DNA of 8,182 nt from Octopus sinensis (GCF_006345805.1 NW_021828490.1:1-8182); one strand, 5' to 3'. Counted from the stretch's first letter, positions 1-7,751 are shown. Made by a program: numbers and translations. Notes: generated by a model from the letters alone, not told the origin.

Positions 1-287
1 AAAATTTGCCGTTTATAATTATACCATATGTTGTATATGCAGTGGTACCTTGACTTACGTGTTTAATTTGTTCCCTGACGGAGCTCGTAACTCAAATTAC
101 TCGTATGTCAAATCAAATTTCCCCATTGAAATAAATTAAATGCCATTAATCCGTTCCGAGCCCCCACCAAAACCGCAATTATTTTTGTTATTTGTTTTTA
201 AATAAGAAAAATTTATTTATAAATAACGAATATTGCATAAAAAACAATGCAATAGAATGTACTGAAATAAACTGGTTTTATTAAGCA

Positions 288-774
288 CTAGCAGTATCGC
301 CCGGCGTTGCTCGGGTTTGTAAGGGAAATAACTATATAAGCATTTTTAGTGAGTTATAGCCAAAAAATAGCAAAAAAATGGATTAAAGATGGAATAAAAA
401 AGGATGGTAATTTTGGTGTCTTCAAGCCATGAAGTCGTTGTTCTAAAAGAACGCTGGTCTCCTTGACAACGTATTACGACGTTGATTTCCTTACACTCCC
501 TTCCCCACAGCTTCACGAGGGAGGGAAGAAGGGGGAGAAGCAACGCCATCGACACACGAAAAACTATGCATTAAAATGGAATAAAATGATGTTAAATTAT
601 TTTTTAAATCGTAGACTCATCGTAGACGCGCGCTAATACCCAGACGGGCTCGATATGAATCACGACTATAAGATACCCGAATTTGGTTAAACTGCACCGC
701 AAAATGTGGGAGTAGTTAGGAATCTAAATCGTAGGAGACAGACACTCACACAACTACAGTTTTATATATATAGA
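288..774 (-). mobile_element. Non-autonomous Helitron-like element, copy 1 (487 bp)
   Basis: On the minus strand it starts TC (TCTATATATATAAAA, 774 down) and ends CTAG (288-291). A GC-rich subterminal hairpin lies at 300-315 (CCCGGCGTTGCTCGGG). It is inserted between A287 and T775 with no TSD. A second copy at 2738-3135 has the same boundaries. Confidence 0.85.
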
Positions 775-834
775 TAAGGTACAGCATTTACCTTGGGGAT
801 GAGACAACTTGAGGATGCTGACAGAGGTGGAGGA

Positions 835-1033
835 GAAAAGTTCTATCTACGACGATTTCATCTCAATCGAAGGAGAGGAGGCTTTCTCCGTCCGGGTTGC
901 GGATCCGTGGAATAAGCTGCCGGACGAGATAGTGAAGATGCCGACGACCGCTCGGTTCAAAGTCTCTCTTGACCAGAAATGGCCTGAACTCTTTACATGA
1001 ACACCACCCTGTACATAACTCCATGTCCCCCTA
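835..1033 (+). mobile_element. CR1-clade LINE 3' fragment A (ORF2 C-terminus plus start of 3' UTR)
   Basis: It reads EKFYLRRFHLNRRRG / (1-nt frameshift) AFSVRVADPWNKLPDEIVKMPTTARFKVSLDQKWPELFT*, with the stop at 998-1000. This is the CR1-type terminal motif FSxRVxxxWNxLP...FKxxLD. Confidence 0.82.
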
Positions 1034-1155
1034 AACGATGCCGTGGTGATCTCATTCTTGCTCACAACATCATAAGCGGAAAGTGTATCCTCTCGAAAGA
1101 GCTGTTCTTCACTCCTGCTCCAGAGCCTCGGCTGCGGGGTCACTCCGAAAAGCTC

Positions 1156-1156
<1 letters not shown>

Positions 1157-1204
<48 letters not shown>
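1157..1204. repeat. (AAT)16 microsatellite
   Basis: Direct reading of a perfect trinucleotide run. Confidence 0.97.
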
Positions 1205-1205
<1 letters not shown>

Positions 1206-1210
1206 GTAAA

Positions 1211-1282
1211 GAAATACCTATTTCTTTACTACCCACAAGGGGCTAAACACAGAGGAGACAAACGGATTAAGTCGATTACATC
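1211..1282 (-). mobile_element. Short 3'-terminal fragment of a probable cephalopod SINE (Nin/Deu-domain type)
   Basis: The minus strand reads GATGTAATCGACTTAATCCGTTTGTCTCCTCTGTGTTTAGCCCCTTGTGGGTAGTAAAGAAATAGGTATTTC. I recall this as the 3' end of an abundant octopus SINE. It is not part of the CR1 sequence as shown by fragment A. The family name is unverified. Confidence 0.6.
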
Positions 1283-1340
1283 TCAATCGAAGGAGAGGGG
1301 CTTTCTCCGTCCGAGTTGCGGGGTCACTCCGAAAAGCTCT

Positions 1341-1367
1341 AATAATAATAATAATAATAATAATAAT
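1341..1367. repeat. (AAT)9 microsatellite
   Basis: Direct reading. It follows the same GAAAAGCTCT flank as the first run. Confidence 0.97.
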
Positions 1368-1629
1368 AAGTTCTCATCTCAATCGAAGGAGAGGGGCTTT
1401 CTCCGTCCGAGTTGCGGATCCGTGGAATAAGATGCTGGACGAGATAGTGAAGATGCCGACGACCGCTCGGTTCAAACTCTCTCTTGACCAGAAATGGCCT
1501 GAACTCTTTGTATGACCACCCTCCCTGTACATAATTCCGTGTCCCCTTACATGGCCTTGCTTTTGCTTTTTGAGCCAATAGAAATTTAATTGAACTGAAG
1601 TGAAAAGGCTGAACTGAATAACTGAATCT

Positions 1630-1953
1630 TATTTGCTGATTTTTGTCCTTTGCGCCACGCTTTCCTCTCTCCTCTGCAGGAATTTTCGATGAAAACCTGT
1701 CCAATGAGGTCTGTTTCATCCTCACTTTTAGAGTGTTTTTGAAATGTGTTAGGCAAGTGTCATTAAATAGCGCCATCGCACGCCCAGTTGCGACTTTCTC
1801 TGGGTGTTTCCTATGAGTAGAATCTGGAAGTTTCTCCCACATTATCCACATTTCCTTTATCGCACTGGTAGAGGGAACCTCCTCCGGCTCCTCCGCATTA
1901 CCTTTTCCCCGCAAAACCTCCGTGTGCCGCTGCGTCTGTAGCTCCTTTAGCTC
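1630..1953 (-). pseudogene. Tigger/TIGD-like transposase C-terminal fragment
   Basis: ELKELQ...IKEMWIMWEKL...KHPEKVATGRAMALFNDTCLTHFKNTLKVRMKQTSLDRF contains the Tigger C-terminal KQTSLDxF motif. It is in the same reading frame as the 2089-2391 fragment. Confidence 0.85.
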
Positions 1954-2088
1954 CCCCACTATGACCCCGCAACTCCGGGTCATAGTGCTAGTATATATAT
2001 ATATAAATGGCCAAATGTCTGTGTGTGTGTGTGCCCTTTATACAAATCCACAATTTTTCAGTTAGAGGGCTCGCAGTTTCTATGGTCA
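1954..2088 (+). mobile_element. Helitron-like tail-to-head junction fragment (3' end of ~38 bp joined to ~97 bp of 5' end) from a second family
   Basis: A perfect 11-bp stem CACTATGACCC/GGGTCATAGTG (1957-1967/1977-1987) is followed by CTAG (1988-1991) and then TATATATATATATAAATGG...TGTCTGTGTGTG. Both halves resemble the corresponding ends of the full Helitron copies in this window. Confidence 0.7.
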
Positions 2089-2391
2089 TTCCTTGGAGTG
2101 CTCCTCAATGATCTCATTAATGTAACCATCATTCACGTCGAGGTCAATGGACTTGTCGAGAGACACAATCTCCTCCACAACTGCCGCTTCGAGTTCGAAT
2201 CTTTCAAAATCCGTTTCGGACACAACCATAGGCCACAGCTTCTTCCACGCAGAGGTCAAGGTCCTCTTTCTAAAACCCTGCCAGGTCATATCGATAATTC
2301 TGAAGCATACCACGATGTTATAGGGGTCCTTCCAGAACTCTAGAAGGGTGAGGTTTGTGCTCTCCCTCGTCTCAAAGCAGCAGCGGAACAG
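2089..2391 (-). pseudogene. Tigger/TIGD-like transposase fragment (end of the DDE domain and the acidic region after it)
   Basis: Translation LFRCCFETRESTNLTLLEFWKDPYNIVVCFRIIDMTWQGFRKRTLTSAWKKLWP...DFERFE...VVEEIVSLDKSIDLDVNDGYINEIIEEHSKE matches the recognisable Tigger pattern (TLxEFWK..., AWKKLWP, DFEGF, VEEIVSLG, EEHxxELT). The first 19 aa of ORF 2086..2448 are unrelated read-through. Confidence 0.88.
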
Positions 2392-2528
2392 GATAGATGT
2401 CCGCTGTCGACAGTCCCAGATGGACCTACCTAACGGCAAGAGGTGCAAATGAGGGTAGCTACATCAAACTCCATTCTTCATCAAGTGCCAAATATAAGGC
2501 TCTCAGTAATAACAGTGTAGCACGAAAC

Positions 2529-2559
2529 GGTGGTGCACCAGCATGGCCGCAGCTGAAAC
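2529..2559 (+). mobile_element. Degenerate SINE 3'-tail remnant
   Basis: GGTGGTGCACCAGCATGGCCGCAG-CTGAAAC matches the tail at 2625-2663, with the small CAGTCA/TGACTG hairpin collapsed. Confidence 0.7.
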
Positions 2560-2587
2560 TACAGCAAAAAGAAACTGTACAAGATAA

Positions 2588-2681
2588 TTAAGAGGTTCGG
2601 CTGGGATCAATTTCTTCGACTAAAGGCGGTGCTCCAGCATGGCCGCAGTCAAATGACTGAAACAAGTAAAAGAGTAAAAGA
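2588..2681 (+). mobile_element. 5'-truncated, internally deleted SINE 3' end (same family as 6323-6732)
   Basis: GGTTCGGC...TCGACTAAAGGCGGTGCTCCAGCATGGCCGCAGTCAAATGACTGAAACAAGTAAAAGAGTAAAAGA matches the reverse complement of 6323-6460, lacking about 45 bp of internal sequence. Confidence 0.85.
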
Positions 2682-2737
2682 ATATATGTGTGTATGTATG
2701 CGTGTATATGTGTGTGTATGAACGTTTTTATCAAATA

Positions 2738-3135
2738 CTAGCAGCATCGCCCGGCGTTGCTCGGATTTGTAAGGGAAATAACTATATAAGCATTTTTAGA
2801 GAGTTATAGCCAAAAAATAGCAAAAAATGCATTAAAAATGGAAAAAAATGATGGTAAATATTTTTTTTAATCATTGACTCATCGTAGACATTTTTAGAGA
2901 GTTACTTCCCTTATATAATAGCGAAAAAAATGTATTAAAATGGAAAGAAATGATGGTAATTTTTTTTTAAATCGTAGACTCATCGTAGACGCGCGCTAAT
3001 ACCCAGAAGGGCTCGATATGAATCACGACTATAAGATACCCGGTTTTGGTTACACTGCACCGCAAAATGTGGGAGTAGTTAGGAATCTAAATCGTAGGAG
3101 ACAGACACACACAACCTCACTTTTATATATAAAGA
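2738..3135 (-). mobile_element. Non-autonomous Helitron-like element, copy 2 (398 bp)
   Basis: It has the same termini as copy 1 (A|CTAGCAGCATCGCCCGGCGTTGCTCGG ... TTTTATATATAAAGA|T) and an A/T insertion site. The terminal ~120 bp and ~190 bp are very similar to copy 1. Confidence 0.85.
2791..2990. repeat. Imperfect tandem duplication (~100-bp period, 2 units) inside Helitron copy 2
   Basis: CATTTTTAGAGAGTTA...ATTAAAA(A)TGGAAA..AATGATGGTAA...GACTCATCGTAGA occurs at 2791-2888 and again at 2889-2990. Confidence 0.85.
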
Positions 3136-3638
3136 TTAGAGAAGTTGGTACGAAACTATATCAGCGCGATGGGGCGAACTGTAGCATTCTTTAAGCTGTG
3201 GGGCACGAAAGACCCTCAACTATACATTGAGACACGATACTGCAAGAACCTAAGATTCAAACGCTCAGGGCTTTCCAGTAACTTGTCTGAAAACCAGAGA
3301 GACCGACACAGAATGGATTTCAACATATTGGAGAATTGAATAAATATTTGGAACAGCTTCGCGTCTACGATTGCCGTAGAATCGACAAGAATCCGAACCG
3401 AGGGCAGATGTACTAAAGAACAAGATTTTACGAAAACACAACTCGAAGAATAAGGTAGGTTGGAGGGGGGGAGGGAAATGGTTGTGAAGAATGTGGTGGT
3501 ATTTCTGTATTATCAGAGCCCTTCGGGTGCTGGTGTGAGAAGATAAATATCCACAGAGAGGGGGGGGAGGGGGAAGGAAGGTGACGGGGGTAGGGGGAAA
3601 ACAGGAAAGCGAAAGAGGAGAGTGTGAAGAAGAGCGCA

Positions 3639-3639
<1 letters not shown>

Positions 3640-3676
<37 letters not shown>

Positions 3677-3790
3677 GCATATATATATGTATGTAATATA
3701 TATATGTATACATGCATATATATGTATGTATATATATATATGTATATATAATATATATATGCACACATACACCTACACGTATGTATGTAC

Positions 3791-3837
<47 letters not shown>

Positions 3838-4105
3838 CATATGTATGTATGTATATATATTGTACATATGTATGTATTATCTCTCCTGCTGTGCGTTCGC
3901 CTTGCGGCGAGTTTCTGTTAGGTATATATGTATATATACCTATATATATGTACATATATATATACATATATATATATATGTATATATATATATAAATTAT
4001 ATATATGTATATATATATATACACATATGTATATATATATATATGTGTTTATACACATACGTATGTACTTGTGTATAATTATAGACACATATATGTATGT
4101 ATATA

Positions 4106-4141
<36 letters not shown>

Positions 4142-4177
4142 CATATTCATATATATCTATGTATAAGTATATATTTA

Positions 4178-4183
<6 letters not shown>
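3640..4183. repeat. Compound/degenerate (TA)n-(TATG)n-(CA)n microsatellite region
   Basis: Direct reading. A ~45-bp GC-richer island interrupts it at 3878-3922. Confidence 0.95.
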
Positions 4184-4213
<30 letters not shown>

Positions 4214-4255
4214 TGTATGTATGTATGTATGTATGTATGTATGTATGTATGTATG
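4184..4255. repeat. (TATG)~18 tetranucleotide microsatellite
   Basis: Direct reading of a perfect run. Confidence 0.95.
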
Positions 4256-5000
4256 AGTGTATATATATTCATAGAGATAGACAAATGCACTTAAGAAACA
4301 TAAAAGGTTGGACATAGACAATAGAAGTGGAAGCAGTGTCACACGTATATAACCTTGAGAGGCATCTATACACATATATACATATACACTTACATATATA
4401 CGTACATAAACACATAAGCACGAACGGAAAGACAGATAGAGACACAGGCAAACAGACATGATAGTTAAAAGGCTGGTTATAGTGATCTATATACGATAAC
4501 AACGACAACCACTTCACCTACAGATATATATATATATATACATATATATACATATATATACAAAGTGCTTAATGAAAAACAGTTAGACAAATAGGCGTAA
4601 AATTGAATGGGAAAGGTTAGATATACACACGCGTGTGTATATATTGTAACATTCAGAAACTTTGTACGTAACCTAGAGCCGAACAGACCGACAGACAGAA
4701 AGACAAACAGCCGGCTTGACAAACAGACAGACGGAGAAATAGATGTGTTAATGGGTTACGAATATGGCCGCTATCAGCTTCTGGCGGAGAAATGTTTCTA
4801 TAAACACGTTTATCGAGAGGGGATGTTACCGGTTTCTCCCCCTGTAAATTCCCACAGACAACTTAGGTCATGTGCGCATGCGTGTGTTAGGTGTGTGTTT
4901 GTGTGTGTGTCGGTAGGTATATGTGTTATAAAGCTGTTTGCTGGAGGTACACCATAAGTACACAGAGATAAGTAGCTTGTCGAAAGATGTATATGAATGC

Positions 5001-5032
<32 letters not shown>

Positions 5033-5305
5033 GCATACATATATATATGTATACCTATATATATATGTATATCTGTATATATGTATATACTTGTATATAT
5101 ATAACATCTACTTGAATGTATATATAAATATATATATATATATGCATATACACAAACATATATATATACGCATACCAGCCTGTGTAGATATGTATGTGTG
5201 TCTACGCATTAATAATATGAGAAGTATAACACCTACTATCTGTGAGAGTGTGTATATACATGAACACGAGTGCGTGTATACGCTTAGAAATATAAATATT
5301 CATAA

Positions 5306-5343
<38 letters not shown>

Positions 5344-5533
5344 AATATATAATATATATATATATATATATACGTAGGTATGTATGTATATATATACATA
5401 TATATATAATGTATGTATATATATATACATATATATATATATGTATATATATACATATATATATATATATGTATGTACATATATATATATACATATATGT
5501 ATATATATATATATCTATATATATATATTATAG

Positions 5534-5611
<78 letters not shown>
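5001..5611. repeat. Long interrupted (TA)n low-complexity region
   Basis: Direct reading. It is the source of the poly-(YI) pseudo-ORFs. Confidence 0.93.
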
Positions 5612-5613
<2 letters not shown>

Positions 5614-5799
5614 CAGTAATTAAACAGATGAAGGCTAATATAATTAGTTCTCTAGAGGCCACCTATATCATTGGTCAAATGAACTAGCTTTCCAATAATA
5701 TTATCATGGACGTAAGGGGCTATAAATCAAATATATTGAATATAGTCTTTCGTTGATATTTAATATTTTGCCATCTTTTGTACTAATTCGTTCTGCTTG

Positions 5800-6322
5800 T
5801 GTATGTGTGTAATGCGCGCGTATGTGTGTGTGTGTGGTGTGTGTGGTGTAGGTTCTATATGCGTGTGTGTGTGTATATATATTTGTGAAACGACCGTTGA
5901 AATGAATATATGGGCGTCACAAATTCGTATGTACACAAACACTTATATCCGCACGTATATATATATATATATATAATATATATATTATATATATATATAT
6001 AGATATATATATATATATATTGTGGTGTGTGTGTGGATGTGTGTGTGTGTGTGTGTGTATATGTATATGTATGTATGTATGTATTAATGTCATGTAGATA
6101 TATATATATATATATAATATTATCTATATATATGCGCGTGTATATGTAGATAGATAGATATAAATATATATACAGATAGATGTAATATATAATATATAAG
6201 GTATATATATATATATATATGTCTATAATATATATACTATATATATACATATACACGATAAATGTATATATATATATAGTGTATATATATATAATATATA
6301 TATATTCATATATATATATATA
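5800..6322. repeat. Compound (TG)n/(TA)n/(TAGA)n microsatellite region
   Basis: Direct reading. Confidence 0.9.
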
Positions 6323-6732
6323 TACTCTTTACTCTTTACTTGTTTCAGTCAATTGACCGCAGCCATGCTGGAGCACCGCCTTTAGTCGAGCAAATCGAGC
6401 CCGGGGCTTATTCTTTGGTAAGCCCAGTACTTATTCTATCGGTCTCTTTTGCCGAACCGCTAAGTGACGGGGACGTAAACACACCAGCATCGGTTGTCAA
6501 GCAAGCTAGAGGGACGGGGACAACAACACACACAAACACACACACATACATATATATATTTATACATATATACGACAGGCTTCTTTCAGTTTCCGTCTAC
6601 CAAAATCCACTCACAAGGCATTGGTCGGCCGGGGCTATAGCAGAAGACACTTGCATAAGATGCCACGCAGTGGGACTGAACCCGGAACCATGGGTTGGTT
6701 AGCAAGCTACTTACCACACAGCCACTCCTGCG
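6323..6732 (-). mobile_element. Near full-length tRNA-derived SINE (octopus-type) with internal microsatellite and (AGTAAAG)n tail
   Basis: The minus strand starts CGCAGGAGTGGCTGTGTGGTAAG. It has an A-box-like TGGCTGTGTGG (6714-6724) and a B-box-like GGTTCAGTCCC (6672-6682). A (TA)/(TG) tract lies at ~6520-6571. The 3' tail is shared with 2588-2681 and ends in short tandem repeats. Confidence 0.9.
6672..6724 (-). promoter_or_regulatory. Internal RNA polymerase III type-2 promoter (A and B boxes) of the SINE
   Basis: TGGCnnnnTGG and GGTTCAnTCCC motifs are spaced 31 nt apart, as in tRNA. Confidence 0.7.
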
Positions 6733-6741
6733 TGTATATAT

Positions 6742-6796
<55 letters not shown>

Positions 6797-7488
6797 ATAG
6801 ATATATATAATATATATATGTGTGGTATATATATCTATATAATATATAATATATATAATATATATATTATATAATTATACAGAGAGGAGAGAACAGACAG
6901 ACAGACAGACAAACAGAGAGTGAAGACAAAGAATAAGATAGATAATACACACGCACATATAAAAGTATGTATGCATACACACTCACACAAGCACATATAT
7001 ACATACAAACACATATATATGTATGAATATATATATATATATTATTAAGCATGCACATATATTCACACACATATACGTGTATACACACACGCACACCAAT
7101 ACATATACATACATAATATAGTTTATACATTGTATATTATTGTGTCTATATATATGCATACGCATATGTGTGCGTGTATGCGTGTGTGTGTGTGTGAGCA
7201 TAAATGTATCAATGCGCGTGATTAGACATACGAGCATATATGGTGATGTGGAGATTGTGTAGATTCTATTGTATGAGTTTATATAAGTGTGCTTGTGTGC
7301 GTTCACATGTGTGTCTATACATATATTTATAAATATAATATACATATACGTATGTATATTTATGTATATATTTATATAGATACACACATACACACACACA
7401 CACTATATATATATATACATATATATATAGATACATACATACATATATTCATATATATACTACATATAAATCATTAATATATATATAT

Positions 7489-7522
<34 letters not shown>

Positions 7523-7580
7523 GATGCATGCATATCATATACCTATATATACTTTTATACACACACGTGTGTGTGTATTG
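6733..7580. repeat. Compound (TA)n/(CAGA)n/(CA)n/(TG)n microsatellite region
   Basis: Direct reading. Confidence 0.9.
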
Positions 7581-7751
7581 TGTATATTAACGTCTCGTTA
7601 TTTATATTTAGAGTTGCTTAAGTAGTCTATAATATTTAGGTTATGTAGATACGTTGGTTTAGTAAGTGGAGAAGGAGTGACAGTGGGAGCGTTGGTTTAG
7701 AAGAAGGATAGGGTGTGCTGGTAAGTGGTGTACTGTTGACAAGTGAGGGAT

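Larger units (their letters stand above)
1033..1626 (+). mobile_element. CR1-clade LINE 3' fragment B, internally rearranged, with 3' UTR and (ACTGA)-like tail
   Basis: Bases 1033-1155 read KRCRGDLILAHNIISGKCILSKELFFTPAPEPRLRGHSEKL (CR1 RGDLI...FF...RGH..KL motif). Bases ~1375-1515 read HLNRRRGAFSVRVADPWNKMLDEIVKMPTTARFKLSLDQKWPELFV*. The tail TGAACTGAAGTGAA..CTGAACTGAATAACTGAA is at ~1591-1626. Confidence 0.82.
40..2391 (-). mobile_element. Decayed pogo/Tigger-like (Tc1/mariner superfamily) DNA transposon, 3' portion only, split by three insertions (surviving pieces about 40-287, 775-834, 1627-1953, 2089-2391)
   Basis: A Tigger-type terminal repeat CAGTGGTACCTTGACTTACG starts at 40, preceded by TG rather than the expected TA. 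Two in-frame minus-strand transposase C-terminal fragments are present. The other TIR and the N-terminal half are not visible in the window. Confidence 0.85.

Noticed and set aside
346-555. 69-aa minus-strand ORF inside Helitron copy 1
   Set aside because: It is short, has no Rep/helicase motifs, and is not preserved in copy 2.
1137-1417. Repeat-spacer appearance (CRISPR-like array)
   Set aside because: Only two to three irregular units, all derived from LINE coding sequence, in a eukaryotic context with no cas genes.
847-1430. ORFs with poly-L (signal-peptide-like), poly-I and poly-N tracts
   Set aside because: The homopolymers come from the (AAT)n runs. The flanks are antisense or off-frame CR1 sequence.
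1957-1987. Rho-independent terminator or miRNA hairpin
   Set aside because: There is no U-tract and the stem is too short for a pre-miRNA. It is better explained as a Helitron subterminal hairpin next to CTAG.
1339-2448. Intact or domesticated TIGD-like gene, with 1954-2088 as an intron
   Set aside because: The N-terminal DNA-binding domain and most of the DDE domain are absent and conserved residues are decayed. The insert carries in-frame stops and has Helitron termini. A GT...AG-bounded removal that restores the protein is not evident.
2392-2528. Unassigned segment after the Tigger breakpoint (part of ORF 2397..2591)
   Set aside because: No recognisable motif, and the ORF runs into SINE tail sequence. 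I cannot assign it without a search.
4873-4883. NRF1-like motif TGCGCATGCG
   Set aside because: It arises easily within degenerate (TG)/(CA) repeats, and there is no promoter context.
6340-6702. 120-aa ORF on the plus strand
   Set aside because: It lies entirely antisense within the SINE and crosses its microsatellite.
6660-6732. tRNA gene
   Set aside because: A and B boxes are present, but it continues into a SINE body and tail and I could not build a convincing cloverleaf.
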